From the NCBI GenBank assembly GCA_963820525.1, contig CAWGAA010000003.1, forward strand, positions 288,001 to 352,000: a stretch of DNA of 64,000 nucleotides, written 5' to 3'. Positions 10,590-22,168 of the stretch are shown piece by piece. Each line of letters begins with the position of its first letter. The first letter of the stretch is position 1. The position numbers and the translations under genes were made by a program. The notes beneath the pieces were generated by a model. It worked only from the letters and a program-made list of their open reading frames with translations. It had not been told where the DNA came from and searched no databases. This stretch comes from an uncultured Spirochaetota bacterium. GTDB lineage: Bacteria > Spirochaetota > Spirochaetia > SZUA-6 > Fen-1364.

Positions 10590-11981
10590 TCAGGGGCTCT
10601 GCGATTGTGTGAAGAAGATTATCACGGGAGAGAAGCTCGGCCGCAAGACCATGATGTCGCGGAAGCTGTCGGGAGACAGCGACGTCAGACGCACGCCGCC
10701 GCTCACGGTCTTGTAGAGAAAGCTCACGCCCTGGATGACGGCGGAGGTGCCCGTGATCGATTGCGGCCCCTGACGAGCTTGAGGCTGGTTCGGAGCCCCG
10801 AACGCGCCGCCGGCATCGTCGAAGAGAAACGTGATGACCCCCTCGTAAGAGTCTTGGAGGTCCTTGGACAGGCGGTAGGAGAAATCGATCCTTCCCGTTC
10901 CCTGAGCCCCCGGGCCGATCACGATGGGAACCAGCCTGTCGAAGCCCTCCCACATGAAGCGCATCCCATCCTCCAGCCGTATCGTCCCGTACGCGCTGGA
11001 AGCCAGGGCGCCGCCCCTGGCCTTCAGCGCGTCGAAGATGTCCTGCCTTCTTTTCTGCTCGGCCGCGATGAGAGCGGCCACATCGTCCTTCACGATCACG
11101 AAGGTTCCGTCGACGGCCTGGTTCTTGTAGCGGTAGCGGATCGTGATCCTCTCGTCGTCCAGCATGGCGATCCGGAGGTCGGTTCCGTCCGCCATGTAGT
11201 TGCCCGCCGCGACGCGCTCTAATTGCGAGTAGTGGAAATCCAGCGAATAGAGGGGAAGAACGAGACGGAAGATGTTATCGGAAGGGTTGGGGAAGAACCC
11301 GATGTCCTCGCGGAAGCGGGCAAGGTCTATCGTCGCGGAGGAGATCTCGTCAAGGAAGTACCCCGGCCGCCAGGTGCTTCCGAGGATCTTGTCGAGAGTC
11401 TCGTCCTGGCTCATGAGCTTCTTGGCCTCCTCCGTCGGGTCTCCTGTGGCGGTGAAGACCTTCAGGTAATGGCCGAAGCACCAGCCTGAAAACCCGTCTT
11501 CCGTTGCCACCTCGTACCAGAAATCCTCGAAGGGTTTCACGGCCGCCTTCTGCTCGGAGCGCCCGATGATCTTCACCATCTGTCCCGGTTTCAGCCTGTA
11601 GACTGTCTTCGCCTCCGGCTTTGCTTCTTCGCGGATCGGCAGGGGGGGCGAATCCTCCTTCTGGGAGAACGCCCAGGCGCCGAGGTAGGGGGAAAGAGAC
11701 TGGGCGAACGCGTTTGCGTCCGCCCGCCGGGGGAACAGGCGGATTTTACCGGTGGCGACCTCCCGGGGCTTGGGCTCACCGGGGACCGAAATGAAGTATG
11801 TGTCGTCTATCTGGGAGTGCTTGAGAATGCCGACGACCGTGCCCGTCACGGCGGGACCGGCTGCGTCCCCCCACAGGATCACCCCCCAGCCGGTCGGGCG
11901 GGCACCGCAGGAAAAGAGGAGCACCGAGAAGGGGACGATGGATGCAAGGAAAAGAGAGACTTTTCGGCGACGCGTGCTCAT
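10590..11981 (-). CDS. SH3-domain lipoprotein (spirochaete-type)
   Basis: Lipobox LLFSC; SH3b-like segment LPIREEAKPEAKTVYRLKPGQ...WYEVATEDGFSGWCFG. Confidence 0.72.
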   Translation of the reverse strand: MSTRRRKVSLFLASIVPFSVLLFSCGARPTGWGVILWGDAAGPAVTGTVVGILKHSQIDDTYFISVPGEPKPREVATGKIRLFPRRADANAFAQSLSPYLGAWAFSQKEDSPPLPIREEAKPEAKTVYRLKPGQMVKIIGRSEQKAAVKPFEDFWYEVATEDGFSGWCFGHYLKVFTATGDPTEEAKKLMSQDETLDKILGSTWRPGYFLDEISSATIDLARFREDIGFFPNPSDNIFRLVLPLYSLDFHYSQLERVAAGNYMADGTDLRIAMLDDERITIRYRYKNQAVDGTFVIVKDDVAALIAAEQKRRQDIFDALKARGGALASSAYGTIRLEDGMRFMWEGFDRLVPIVIGPGAQGTGRIDFSYRLSKDLQDSYEGVITFLFDDAGGAFGAPNQPQARQGPQSITGTSAVIQGVSFLYKTVSGGVRLTSLSPDSFRDIMVLRPSFSPVIIFFTQSQSP

Positions 11982-12139
11982 GGTGAGCTATACTTGCGTG
12001 AGCCCGGGTTTTTTTCAAGCCTCGAGATCGACCAGGCAGGCCGGCGGCGGGGCCGGCCCCTTGCTTTCTTGAGCAGGATCGGGCGGCCCCCTTGCCTGGC
12101 GGGGACAAAATCCGTATACATCGAATGAGGAGGCGCATT

Positions 12140-13369
12140 GTGGACGATCTCGGAGGCCTTCAGGCGAAAGCGGCCGAGAAGCGGGACGCGATGATCGGAC
12201 TGCAAAAGCTCCTCACCTCGGTGCCCGCCATCGGCCCGCAGAGCGGCGGCACGGGAGAATGGGACAAGGCCCAGGCGCTCATCTCGCGGCTTTCGGACCT
12301 CGGATTCCCCAGCCACGAGATGTTCGCTTCGCCGGACCCGCGGGTCCCCAGCGGCAAGAGGCCGAACATCGTCGTGACGCTTCCCGGGCGGTCGGCGGAC
12401 CGCGCGTTCTGGATCATGACCCACCTCGATATCGTCCCCCCTGGGGAGCAGAGTCTCTGGCGGTCGGACCCGTACGCGCTGGTTGTGGAAGGCGACAAGC
12501 TCATTGGACGGGGCGTGGAGGACAACCAGCAGAGCCTCGTGGCGTCCCTCTACGCCACGGTGATTCTCCGGGAGCTGGGCCTCACCCCGCGGCGGACCGT
12601 GAAGCTCCTCTTCGTGGCCGACGAGGAGACCGGCTCCGAGCACGGAATCCAGTACATCCTGGGAAACACGGACCTGTTCAGAACGACGGACTACGCCCTG
12701 GTGCCCGACAGCGGCTCCATGGACGGATCAGAGATCGAGATCGCGGAGAAAAGCATCCTCTGGCTCAAGGTGAGGACGCGCGGCAGGCAGTGCCATGCCT
12801 CGGTTCCCGGCAAGGGGATCAATGCGTTTCTGGCGGCTTCCCATCTCGTGGTGAGGCTCGGCGGGCTGGCCGCGGCCTTCGGCGAGCGCGACGCGCTGTT
12901 CGATCCGCCCGTCTCCACCTTCACGCCAACGCGCAAGGAGGCGAACGTTCCGAACATCAACACCATGCCGGGAGACGACGTATTCTACCTCGACTGCCGG
13001 ATCCTTCCTTCCGTGAACCTCGAGGGGGTCCTTTCCAAAATCCGTGAAATATCCCGGACCGTGGAGAAGGACTTCGGCGTCACCGTGGAGATCGAGACCG
13101 TGCAGAGAGCCTCTTCCCCCCCCACGCCCGCCGATGCCCCCCTGGTGGCGGCGCTCAAACGGGCGCTTCGCGCCGTGTATTCAGTGGAAGGGAAGATCGT
13201 GGGGATCGGGGGCGGAACGGTGGGAGCGTTTCTCCGCAAGAAGGGCATCCAGACCGTTGTCTGGTCCCGGCTGGAAGAAACGGCCCACATGCCCAACGAG
13301 TACTGCCGGATTCCGAACATGATCGGGGATTGCGCCGTGATGGCCGCCCTGATGTTGGAGGCTGACTAA
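12140..13369 (+). CDS. M20 family metallopeptidase (DapE/ArgE-like)
   Basis: HLDIVP, GRGVEDN, DEETGS, AHMPNE motifs; GAGGAGG RBS before GTG 12140. Confidence 0.9.
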   Translation: MDDLGGLQAKAAEKRDAMIGLQKLLTSVPAIGPQSGGTGEWDKAQALISRLSDLGFPSHEMFASPDPRVPSGKRPNIVVTLPGRSADRAFWIMTHLDIVPPGEQSLWRSDPYALVVEGDKLIGRGVEDNQQSLVASLYATVILRELGLTPRRTVKLLFVADEETGSEHGIQYILGNTDLFRTTDYALVPDSGSMDGSEIEIAEKSILWLKVRTRGRQCHASVPGKGINAFLAASHLVVRLGGLAAAFGERDALFDPPVSTFTPTRKEANVPNINTMPGDDVFYLDCRILPSVNLEGVLSKIREISRTVEKDFGVTVEIETVQRASSPPTPADAPLVAALKRALRAVYSVEGKIVGIGGGTVGAFLRKKGIQTVVWSRLEETAHMPNEYCRIPNMIGDCAVMAALMLEAD

Positions 13370-13371
13370 CC

Positions 13372-14226
13372 CTACTTCAAGCTCTGATAGATGACGATGA
13401 TCTTCCCCTCCTTGAGGAGCTCTATGTTGTCGGGGAGGGAGAGAATCTGCCGGGCAGCATCCGTCGAAATGACGATGTCGGTGGGGTGAGCGCCGAACAC
13501 GCCGCGCGCGGCGATGCGAAGCGGATGCTGGCCGATCCTCGCGAGGTATTCGTTTTCGTCGAGGCTGTCCGCGTACCCCACCATTCCCCATTTGGAAAGC
13601 GCTGCGGGCCTGCACATGCTCCTGTCGAGGACGAGGTTCATCTCCTCGTCGAAGATGCGCGGAAAAAGGGCGGGCGCCAGGTACTGCTCCTGGTTGAGTC
13701 CCACGGCGGGGAGCTTGTCCATCGCGTAGATGACGATGCCGGAGAACGCGCGCGTGGAAACGTAGCCCAGCCGGCGGCGGATGGGCATGTCCTGTCGTGG
13801 ATAGAGGAAGGTGGCGATGCCATGATCCGAGAAGAGCGGAAAAGCGTATGTTGCCACCACCCGGGTGAAGTCCGGGGAAAGAGAGAGCCCGTTCTTCATC
13901 GTCCTCCGCCCCAGCTCTTCGATCCATGAAAAATAGAGGGGATCCGAGCCGAGGAGATTGCCCACGGTATGGGAAGATTCGACGACGATCGGAAAAACCG
14001 CGTCGAGGAACAGGCCGATGAAAGCGGTGTCGATGGACGCCTCGGCGTCGGCCTCTGCGCGCGGGAGGGCGGGGATTGTCGGGTCCAGGGCGCGCGATAC
14101 CGAAACGCCCTCGGTTCCCCCCTTCCAATCCACAACTGCCTGCACGGAGAACGGGCCCTGCTGGGAGAGGGCGGGAAGCGCGGCCATCATGGCGCACAGC
14201 AGGGCGAGGAGAGCACGTTTTGTCAT
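13372..14226 (-). CDS. Exported hypothetical protein
   Basis: Signal peptide MTKRALLALLCAMMAALPALSQ; overlaps the mltD stop by 4 bp (operon). Confidence 0.7.
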   Translation of the reverse strand: MTKRALLALLCAMMAALPALSQQGPFSVQAVVDWKGGTEGVSVSRALDPTIPALPRAEADAEASIDTAFIGLFLDAVFPIVVESSHTVGNLLGSDPLYFSWIEELGRRTMKNGLSLSPDFTRVVATYAFPLFSDHGIATFLYPRQDMPIRRRLGYVSTRAFSGIVIYAMDKLPAVGLNQEQYLAPALFPRIFDEEMNLVLDRSMCRPAALSKWGMVGYADSLDENEYLARIGQHPLRIAARGVFGAHPTDIVISTDAARQILSLPDNIELLKEGKIIVIYQSLK

Positions 14227-15416
14227 CCGCTTCGTCCTTTCAGAGGCACAAGGATCCTCGCCCCGATCTGGAGCGTCAGGGGCCGAACGGCGGGATTGAA
14301 CTCCTTGAGGAGATCCACCGTGACCCCGCATGCTTGCGCAATGCCGCTGAGCGTATCCCCGGCCTTGACAACGTAGATGCTGAAGTCCAGCAGGGGCATC
14401 GTGCTTCCGCCCAGCGTCGCCTCAACTGCCTGGCGGTACTCGACGGGCACCTTGAGAGAATAGCGGTACGACGGTGGGGGCGTCAGTGCGGTTGCCAGCT
14501 CGGCGTTGGCCCTTGTGAGGGTATCGAAGGGCACGCCCGCTTCGCGGGAGAGGATGCGCAGGTCCACGCAACGCGCCACGGGAACGCGCGTCCAGGAGAC
14601 GGTGCCTTTCCATGAAGGGGCCAGGTCGTAGCGGCCGGGGTAACTGAGGATCTTCGCGATCGCGAGGAACTGGGGAACGAAAGAGGCCGTCTCGGCGGGC
14701 AGGAGCCCCCGCCTGCGCAGGGTCCAATAGTCGGTGACGCCGCTTTGCCTGACGATCCGAGAGAGGCGCGAGGCTCCGCAGTTGTAGGCCGCCAGGGCGA
14801 GGTACCAGTCCCCGAAAGAGCTGAAATCCTGCCGGAGCTTTCGAAGGGATGCGTCGGTGGCCTTGAAGAAGTCGCGCCGCTCGTCCACCCACTGGTCCAT
14901 GGCGAGGCCGAAGGGGGAAGCGGTGTTCGCCATGAGCTGCCAGAGCCCGGCGGCCCCGCGGGGCGACGTCGCCGTGATCTGGAAGCCCGACTCGACCGCG
15001 GGCAGGAAGAGCAGCTCCCGCGGCAGGTCGAGCTCCTCGATGCGGGCCGTGATCACGCCGCGATAGATCGGGATCCTGTCGAGAACCGCCTGCAGCCAGT
15101 CCTTCTTCCGCGCCAGGTAGGTGTCGAGAAACCGATCGATCACGGCCTGATCCGGCATCGCGATGGAATACAGCTCCTCGCCCCGATGACCCTGGACCGG
15201 CCTCAAGGCCGTGACGTCCGGCTCCGCGTCATCTCCCGCGGGTGGGACCGCGGGCAACCGGGCGCCGACCGGAAGCGTGGAGGTGACGGAGGCAAGGCGC
15301 GGGTCCTCCGGCGTCCCTCCCGTCGCGCTCTGGGCGTGCGAGGACCAGCCCACCGCGAGGGCGAAGGCGGCGAGGGTTACAGCTTTTCGCCGAAGTAGAT
15401 TCCAGCCCATTCCCAT
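14223..15416 (-). CDS. mltD: Lytic transglycosylase with LysM domain (MltD-like)
   Basis: VESGF...AAGLWQLM, LAAYNCG, ETASFVP, C-terminal LysM YVVKAGDTLSGIA. Confidence 0.88.
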   Translation of the reverse strand: MGMGWNLLRRKAVTLAAFALAVGWSSHAQSATGGTPEDPRLASVTSTLPVGARLPAVPPAGDDAEPDVTALRPVQGHRGEELYSIAMPDQAVIDRFLDTYLARKKDWLQAVLDRIPIYRGVITARIEELDLPRELLFLPAVESGFQITATSPRGAAGLWQLMANTASPFGLAMDQWVDERRDFFKATDASLRKLRQDFSSFGDWYLALAAYNCGASRLSRIVRQSGVTDYWTLRRRGLLPAETASFVPQFLAIAKILSYPGRYDLAPSWKGTVSWTRVPVARCVDLRILSREAGVPFDTLTRANAELATALTPPPSYRYSLKVPVEYRQAVEATLGGSTMPLLDFSIYVVKAGDTLSGIAQACGVTVDLLKEFNPAVRPLTLQIGARILVPLKGRSG

Positions 15417-16456
15417 TGGCCGTTGGCTTCGGGATCCGCGGGGAAATCGACCTTGCGGAAGTAGAGGTACCAGGTCGGGGGCCTGAAATTCCAGCCCGTC
15501 GTCCTGAGGTACGCCTCCTTGTCGTTGGATGTTATATCGAGCTGCCCTTCTATCTTTGGATTGGAGCTCATGAGGTAGACGCCGATATTGGAATCCGCGG
15601 ACCCGTCGGCCGGCGAGTCGTCCGTCGGGTCACCCGTCGGCGCCTGCTGGTCCCAGCCCTTGACGAAGAAGTTCACCTTGGCCTGGTATTTTCGAAGCTT
15701 TGCGATGTTCTTCGTGAAGATGGCGTCCTTCACGGCATCCACCAGCGTGTTGAGGTCGGGAACCGTCCAGCTCTTGTCCGAGAAATAGAACAGGACCTTT
15801 TCCTGAGCCTTGAGATAGGCGTCGGGCACCCCGGGGACATCGGTATCGGGGGAGTCGAGGTACTTCTGGTAGGCCTGGAGGGCCTGGTCCCACTCTCCCA
15901 CCTCCTCCTCGGCGCGGGCGAGGAAGAAATATGCGGAACCGAGGTGCACGCTCTCCTGGCCTCCGAAGCGCGAGATGAGCTCCTTGTAATACTCGATCTT
16001 GTATTCGGGCCTCGTTTCCAGGTCTATCAGCTCCTGCAGCACGTGCAGGTGGATGGATTGGCCGCCGACGAGCAGGTCCGTGTGGTTCTTGAGAATGCGA
16101 AGGTAATAGTGGATGGCAAGCGGGATCGCCTTCATCTCCTGGTACGCCTCTGCCACCATGAGGAGGTAGTAGGCGTCGAACAGGTCCGTCGGGTCCTTTT
16201 CCACGAAGGAGGTGAGGAAGATGATCTCCTTCTCCGGCTTGCCCGCGTTCGCCAGATCCTGCCCGATCTGCTGGATCAGAACGAAGCGGTTTTTCGGGTC
16301 GGTTTCCCTGTCGAGGAGACTGAAGAGCTGCCGGAGCTCCTGGTTCTGCTCGAAGGCTCCGATATAGTATCGCGTGCCGGACGCGCCGCAGCCTGTGAAC
16401 GTGAGGGCAAGCACCGCGGCGACGGCCGCGCATGAGCGGCTTGTGACAATGTTCAT
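15377..16456 (-). CDS. Tetratricopeptide-repeat lipoprotein
   Basis: Lipobox LTFTGC; TPR-like helices ([26 protein letters not shown]). Confidence 0.72.
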   Translation of the reverse strand: MNIVTSRSCAAVAAVLALTFTGCGASGTRYYIGAFEQNQELRQLFSLLDRETDPKNRFVLIQQIGQDLANAGKPEKEIIFLTSFVEKDPTDLFDAYYLLMVAEAYQEMKAIPLAIHYYLRILKNHTDLLVGGQSIHLHVLQELIDLETRPEYKIEYYKELISRFGGQESVHLGSAYFFLARAEEEVGEWDQALQAYQKYLDSPDTDVPGVPDAYLKAQEKVLFYFSDKSWTVPDLNTLVDAVKDAIFTKNIAKLRKYQAKVNFFVKGWDQQAPTGDPTDDSPADGSADSNIGVYLMSSNPKIEGQLDITSNDKEAYLRTTGWNFRPPTWYLYFRKVDFPADPEANGQWEWAGIYFGEKL

Positions 16457-16540
16457 CTTCTCCGTACGATAATAGCAGGAAGCTCCGCAGTTGGCAAGGG
16501 CGACGGGTTTCTGGTACTATTTTCATTGAGGAGAATGTCA

Positions 16541-17767
16541 ATGTCTCAAAATATAACCAAGACCCCCACCGGGCTTTCCGTGCCCGATACTCCTCTGATT
16601 CCTTTCATCGAAGGCGACGGCACCGGCCCCGACATCTGGCGGGCAGCGCGGCGGGTGTTCGACGCCGCGGTGCAGAATGCATACGGAGGAAAGCGGAAAA
16701 TAGAATGGATTCAGCTCTTCGCGGGGGAACGGGCGTTCAAGGAGACGGGGGACTGGCTTCCCAAGGAGACCGAGGAAGCCTTCCGCTCGCACCTGGTCGG
16801 CATCAAGGGCCCGCTCACCACACCGGTGGGAGGCGGCATCAGGAGCCTCAACGTCGCCCTCCGCCAGAGGCTGGACCTGTACGTGTGCCTGCGGCCCGTG
16901 CGCTACTTCCCCGGGGTCCCCTCGCCGCTCAAGCATCCCGAAGCGGTGGACATGGTGGTGTTCCGCGAAAACACGGAGGACGTGTACGCGGGCTACGAGG
17001 TGAAGGAAGGATCCCAGGAGGCCCGGACCCTCGCCGCGTTCCTCTCCAAGACCTACGGCTGGCCCATCCGGGAGGATTCCGGAATTGGGATCAAGCCGGT
17101 GAGCAGGTTCGGGTCGGAGAGGCTCGTTCGCGCCGCCCTCCACTACGCCATCTCCCACGGCCGGAAGAGCGTCACCCTGGTGCACAAGGGCAACATCCAG
17201 AAGTTCACCGAGGGGGCGTTCCGCGAATGGGGGTACGAGCTTGCAAAGCGCGAGTTCCCCGACGCGGTTTTTTTCCAGAGCGAGCCTCTCGGAGCGGGAG
17301 CCGCCGCCGAGCTTCCCAAGGGCAAGATCCTCATCAAGGACGCCATCGCGGACAACTTCCTCCAGCAGATCCTCCTTCGCCCGGCGGAATACGACGTGAT
17401 CGCCACCACCAACCTCAACGGGGACTACATCTCCGACGCCCTCGCCGCCCAAGTCGGCGGCATCGGGATCGCCCCCGGGGCGAACATCAACTACGTTTCG
17501 GGACACGCCATCTTCGAAGCCACGCACGGCACGGCGCCGAAGTACGCGGGAAAGGACGTGGCCAACCCCTGCTCCGTCATCTTCTCCGGCCAGATGATGC
17601 TGGACTATATCGGCTGGAGCGAAGCGGCCAAGCTCATCGAGAAGGCCGCCATCCAGACGATCTCCGGCGGGTTCGTGACGTACGACTTCGCGCGGCAGAT
17701 GGAGACGGCCACCCAGCTCTCCACCTCCCAGTTCGCGGAGAAGATCGTGGAGAACATGCCGGCATGA
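16541..17767 (+). CDS. icd: NADP-dependent isocitrate dehydrogenase
   Basis: [49 protein letters not shown]. Confidence 0.97.
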   Translation: MSQNITKTPTGLSVPDTPLIPFIEGDGTGPDIWRAARRVFDAAVQNAYGGKRKIEWIQLFAGERAFKETGDWLPKETEEAFRSHLVGIKGPLTTPVGGGIRSLNVALRQRLDLYVCLRPVRYFPGVPSPLKHPEAVDMVVFRENTEDVYAGYEVKEGSQEARTLAAFLSKTYGWPIREDSGIGIKPVSRFGSERLVRAALHYAISHGRKSVTLVHKGNIQKFTEGAFREWGYELAKREFPDAVFFQSEPLGAGAAAELPKGKILIKDAIADNFLQQILLRPAEYDVIATTNLNGDYISDALAAQVGGIGIAPGANINYVSGHAIFEATHGTAPKYAGKDVANPCSVIFSGQMMLDYIGWSEAAKLIEKAAIQTISGGFVTYDFARQMETATQLSTSQFAEKIVENMPA

Positions 17768-18306
17768 AACACGACCGGCCGCTGTATCCGAACAAGCTTC
17801 TCGTGCTCGGAGCGATAGGCATGGTTGCGGGGGGAGTCCTCCTTCTCTGGAACCTCGGCTACCTGCCCCAGCTGGGCAACCTCTGGCCCCTGGTTCTCAT
17901 GCTGGGCGGCATGTTCCTGCTGTACATGGCGTACCTGCGAAGCAGGTCCGCCCGCTACATCATTCCCGGCATGATTCTCTCCTTAGGCGGGCTTTTTTTC
18001 CTCCTCTTCAACACCGTGTTCCAGGGCAAGAGCATGGAGAAAATCTGGCCCGCGTTCATGCTCATCACCGGCTTGTCCCTGATCCCCTACGGATACCGCA
18101 AGAAAGGGGCGGCGCGGACGGCAATCATCGTCCCCGCCATCTTCATTGCCGCCCTGAGCCTCATGTTCTTCCCCTTCAGCTTCGGCACGACGGGGATCAG
18201 CTTTCTCGCCTTCGTCCGGCATTGGTGGCCCCTCATCCTCATCGTCCTGGGAATTGCGCTTGTCATTTCATTTTTCAGCACCCACAAACCGAGTAGTAAG
18301 GTATGA
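17764..18306 (+). CDS. Multi-pass membrane protein (LiaF/DUF5668-like TM repeats)
   Basis: Hydrophobic C-part of ORF 16705..18306 from ATG 17764, with repeated xWP motifs (LWP, IWP, WWP); ATGA overlaps with both neighbours. Confidence 0.75.
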   Translation: MKHDRPLYPNKLLVLGAIGMVAGGVLLLWNLGYLPQLGNLWPLVLMLGGMFLLYMAYLRSRSARYIIPGMILSLGGLFFLLFNTVFQGKSMEKIWPAFMLITGLSLIPYGYRKKGAARTAIIVPAIFIAALSLMFFPFSFGTTGISFLAFVRHWWPLILIVLGIALVISFFSTHKPSSKV

Positions 18307-20456
18307 GAAAGAGGATAGCCTTCCTCGTCGGACTGCCCCTCATCATCCTGTCTTCGGCGGGGATCGTGACCATTATCGGAGCCCAGGAGAGTCCCAGAGC
18401 AGGTGCGGCAACCGGCGCGTTCACCCCCGGCTACCCGCCCGCGGCGGCCGCCGAATCTGCTTTTCGGGTCCGCCTGGCGAAAGACGGCGAGCGAACGGCC
18501 GAGGCCCAGCTCAACGCCGCCGGAGAGGGACAGGCGGGTCGCTCCGTCCCGGCTTCCGCCGGCGGCACGGGTGCGGCTCCCGAAGTGGCGTACTACCCCG
18601 ATCGCGTCTACCGTGGAGCGGGTACCCTCTACCGGGTATCCGATAGCGAGGGTGTCCTGGCCTCTTCCGACGGCGGCGTCACCTGGGCCGTCAGGATCTC
18701 GGGACTGCCGCTCAGGTCCGTCTACCCGTTCGACCGGCAGTTGCCCCCCCTGATAACCTCCTTCGCCGTCGATCCCATAAACGATCAGCGCGTCGTCCTG
18801 ACCCTGCCGGATTCGGTCTTCCTCTCCGAGAACGGAGGCGAATCCTGGGATAAAATCGGCGTGAAGGAGCCGCTGAAGCCCAACGACCAGCTCACGGCCG
18901 TCGCCCTCAATCCGGCCAATCCCGCGGCACTCATGGTGGGAACTTCCTTCGACGGCATGTTCGAGACCCTGGACAGGGGCAAAACCTGGACCGACCTGTC
19001 CAAGAAGATCGGGTTCATGTACCTGGGCGGAGGCTCCTACGAAGAGATCGATTCCATAGCCTACGATCCGTCCGATCCATCGCTTGCTTATTTCAACCTC
19101 GGGTTCGGCAAGGGGCTGTACTCCCTGAAGAAGGGCGACAAGAGCGCCACGCAGGTGGATTTTCCCGGAGACCAGTCGCATGCCCCCATCGTCGACATCT
19201 CCTTTCACAGGACCGCCGATGCCGCCAGTCCGGCCTGGATCATGGAGGTCCGCACCGACGATGCCCGGTGGGTTTTCGATCCCGGCGCCTCCTCCCCTTC
19301 CGGGACGGGCACCGGCGCGTGGAGGATCGCGGATATCATCCATGCAAGCACGGCGCCGGATCCCGCCAAGGCGGAAAGAGCGGCAAAAGCATCGGGCAAA
19401 TACGGTCTCTACATCTCCTCGATCCACGCCGGCGGCAAGCTTCTCGACGGCCACATCGCGTTCTGCAAGGCCAACGGGCTGAACAGCATGGTGGTGGATT
19501 TCAAGGACGATTTCGGCTTCGTGACCTATGACACCGACCTCGAGACCCCGAAACGGATCGGCGCCGTGAAGAAACGCTTCACCACCGAGGAGGTGGTGGG
19601 CAAGGCGCACGCCAACGGGCTGTACCTGATCGCCCGGATCGTCGTCTTCCGCGACAGGCAGCTGTACAATGCCGACGATTTCGCATACGCGGTCTGGGAC
19701 CGTGCGGCCGGCAAGCCGTGGCGATACTTCAAGACGACCGTGGATTCCCAGACGGGGGAGGAAACCAGCTTCCAGGGCGAGTATTGGGTAGATCCCTATT
19801 CGGAGAAGGTATGGAAGTACAACGTGGACATCGCCCTGGAGTTGGAGGCGCGCGGGGTTGACGAAATCCAGTTCGACTACATCAGGTTCCCCTCGGACGG
19901 CGACCTCTCGCGGATCTCCTACCGCAGCCGCAGGCAGGGCATGGGCAAGATCGAGGCCCTCGAGTCTTTCCTGGCCATGGCGCGGGAAAGCCTCCGGATC
20001 CCCATCTCCACGGACGTCTACGGCTACTGCGGCTGGGCCAGGGTCTCCAACTGGGTCGCCCAGAACATCGAGGTCTTCTCCCGCTACGTGGATGTGATCT
20101 CGCCGATGTACTACCCCTCCCACTTCCCCCGCGACTTCCTCGGCTCCATGCAGTACATCCCCAGGGCCGGCTATATCTATCGTGAGGGCCCCCAGCGGGC
20201 CTCCCGCATCGTCGCCGGCAGGAGCGTCATCCGCCCGTACGTGCAGGCGTTCAGAATCGGAGGAGAGCTGAAGTTCGGCCCTCCGGTCTACACCAGTTAC
20301 CTGATGAGCCAGGTGCAGGGGGTGCTCGCGAGCGCCGCATCCGGGTTCACGCTCTGGAACGCCTCCAATGACTACTACATGGTCACGGCATCCCTCGCCC
20401 CGTACACTGTCAGCTCTGTGGGCTCCGCGGCCGCCCCGGCGGTGGGGGTTCAGTGA
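18303..20456 (+). CDS. Exported putative glycoside hydrolase (DUF4015-like TIM barrel) with N-terminal BNR/Asp-box propeller
   Basis: SxDGGxTW repeats (SSDGGVTW, SENGGESW, TLDRGKTW); VVDFKDDFG, DEIQFDYIRFP, SPMYYPSH. Confidence 0.8.
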   Translation: MRKRIAFLVGLPLIILSSAGIVTIIGAQESPRAGAATGAFTPGYPPAAAAESAFRVRLAKDGERTAEAQLNAAGEGQAGRSVPASAGGTGAAPEVAYYPDRVYRGAGTLYRVSDSEGVLASSDGGVTWAVRISGLPLRSVYPFDRQLPPLITSFAVDPINDQRVVLTLPDSVFLSENGGESWDKIGVKEPLKPNDQLTAVALNPANPAALMVGTSFDGMFETLDRGKTWTDLSKKIGFMYLGGGSYEEIDSIAYDPSDPSLAYFNLGFGKGLYSLKKGDKSATQVDFPGDQSHAPIVDISFHRTADAASPAWIMEVRTDDARWVFDPGASSPSGTGTGAWRIADIIHASTAPDPAKAERAAKASGKYGLYISSIHAGGKLLDGHIAFCKANGLNSMVVDFKDDFGFVTYDTDLETPKRIGAVKKRFTTEEVVGKAHANGLYLIARIVVFRDRQLYNADDFAYAVWDRAAGKPWRYFKTTVDSQTGEETSFQGEYWVDPYSEKVWKYNVDIALELEARGVDEIQFDYIRFPSDGDLSRISYRSRRQGMGKIEALESFLAMARESLRIPISTDVYGYCGWARVSNWVAQNIEVFSRYVDVISPMYYPSHFPRDFLGSMQYIPRAGYIYREGPQRASRIVAGRSVIRPYVQAFRIGGELKFGPPVYTSYLMSQVQGVLASAASGFTLWNASNDYYMVTASLAPYTVSSVGSAAAPAVGVQ

Positions 20457-22150
20457 TGAGAAGGGCCGGGGCTCTGGCGTGTCTGACAGTCCTCGCGCTC
20501 GCCGGCTGCGCATCCATCGGCAGGGGAGCGATTCCGGGAGCCGAAGCCCCGGCGCTCGCGCCGGCCCTCGCCTCTCTTCGCCAGGCCTCTCCCGCTTCGC
20601 TGCGGGAAGCGGCCCGTGTACTCGCATCCGTCCAGCCGGCGCAAGCCAAGGCGGCGCGGGAGATGGCGGGCCTGGGACGGGAGCTTTATTCCTCCCTCTA
20701 TCCCGAGCTGACCGAAAACCCCTTCCCCGCTGAAGCCAGGACAACCGTTTATGGGTCCCTGTTCTCGGCTCTCCGGGCCAGGTCGGTCCAGATCCCCTCG
20801 GGCTCCGAGACCGATTTCTTCCGGCTGACCATCCCGGCGCTGATCCTTAGCGATCAGCGCGTCAGCGTCACCGCCGCCGCTCTCGGCTCCCTGGAGGCCG
20901 GCCTGAAACGCGCCGACACGCAGAGCCATGAAGCATCCGTCCTCCCCCCCTACCTTCTGGGGCTTGCAGGCGAGAGGCGCGCGGCATCGGGCGGGACGGC
21001 GGGAAGCTCCGGCTCGACGGAGGGGACCGTCCTGCTCTTCCAGGAAAGCGTAAAGAGGGACTCATCGTTCTATCCCGGCCAGAGGAAAGCGGCGGAAATA
21101 CTTCTCGCCCAGAAGAAGACCTCAGATGCGATTCCCCTTCTGGAGGGCCTGAGCGCCGCGCTTCCCCAGGACGTCTCCGTGGCCAAGCAGCTGGCCCGCG
21201 CCGCGCTCGACGGCGGAAAGCCGGAGGATGCCCTCGATGCCACGGGCCGCGGGATGCTTGCGGCACCGGACGACACCGACATGCTCATCCTCCGCGCCCA
21301 GGCCTTCGACGCAACCGGGGACTGGTACCAGGCCCTGCGGGTCCTGGAGGCGGGTCTCAAGAGGACTCCCGACGCCAAGGAGGCGATCCTCCTTCGGGCG
21401 CGGATCATGGCGGAAGAGGCGGGGAACGTGGAGGAGGCGATCCATGCGCTGGACTCCGCCGTGGCGCGATTCCCCAAGGACGCGAGCTTTCTCGAGCTGA
21501 AGGGGAGCATCCTCCTGGATACGGGCCGGGGAGACGAGGGGGTGAACGCCCTGAAGCAGGCGCTGGAGCTCCAGCCGGACAGGGTCAGCACCCTTCGCAT
21601 CCTTCTCCAAGACGCGATGAACACGAAGCGGCTCTTGCAGGCAAATGAGTACCTGGCCAAGATCCTGGCCGTCTCGGAAACGGGAGAGGACATCACCCTT
21701 GCCTATCGCGTGGCGTCGAGCCTCGGAGACCACGCCCAGGCGGCCGCGTACGCCCGAAAGCTGGTCGAGAAGGGGTACGGGAGCGCCCCCCGCCTGCTCC
21801 TCGCCCGCGCCCTCCATGCCGAGGGCAACGACGCGGAAGCCCGCACGCAGATAGAGGCGGGGCTCATGGAAACCCAGAGCGCGAGCGAGCGCAGCATGTA
21901 CCGGACCCTGCTCGCCGCCATGGAGCGCGCGTCGAATGCCGATGCCGCCATGAAAGATCTCCGTTCGGCTCTCCTTGACGACCCGAACAATATCGAGGCG
22001 CTGATCGCCATCGCGGACCTCCTGGCCTCCCTGGGGCAGTACCACGGCGCCGTCGGATACCTGAAGCACGCCGCGGAGCTCTCCCCCGAGGACGCGGGGC
22101 TCATGGTCAAGATCGCCGATTACGAAAAGCTGGCGGAGAACGAAAAATAG
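20453..22150 (+). CDS. Tetratricopeptide-repeat lipoprotein
   Basis: Lipobox LALAGC followed by multiple TPR-like helical repeats. Confidence 0.75.
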   Translation: MMRRAGALACLTVLALAGCASIGRGAIPGAEAPALAPALASLRQASPASLREAARVLASVQPAQAKAAREMAGLGRELYSSLYPELTENPFPAEARTTVYGSLFSALRARSVQIPSGSETDFFRLTIPALILSDQRVSVTAAALGSLEAGLKRADTQSHEASVLPPYLLGLAGERRAASGGTAGSSGSTEGTVLLFQESVKRDSSFYPGQRKAAEILLAQKKTSDAIPLLEGLSAALPQDVSVAKQLARAALDGGKPEDALDATGRGMLAAPDDTDMLILRAQAFDATGDWYQALRVLEAGLKRTPDAKEAILLRARIMAEEAGNVEEAIHALDSAVARFPKDASFLELKGSILLDTGRGDEGVNALKQALELQPDRVSTLRILLQDAMNTKRLLQANEYLAKILAVSETGEDITLAYRVASSLGDHAQAAAYARKLVEKGYGSAPRLLLARALHAEGNDAEARTQIEAGLMETQSASERSMYRTLLAAMERASNADAAMKDLRSALLDDPNNIEALIAIADLLASLGQYHGAVGYLKHAAELSPEDAGLMVKIADYEKLAENEK

Positions 22151-22168
22151 GAGCGCCCCGCTCCCGTC

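Noticed and set aside
16705..17763. Long N-terminal extension of the membrane protein ORF
   Set aside because: Off-frame overlap with icd; the real start is ATG 17764.
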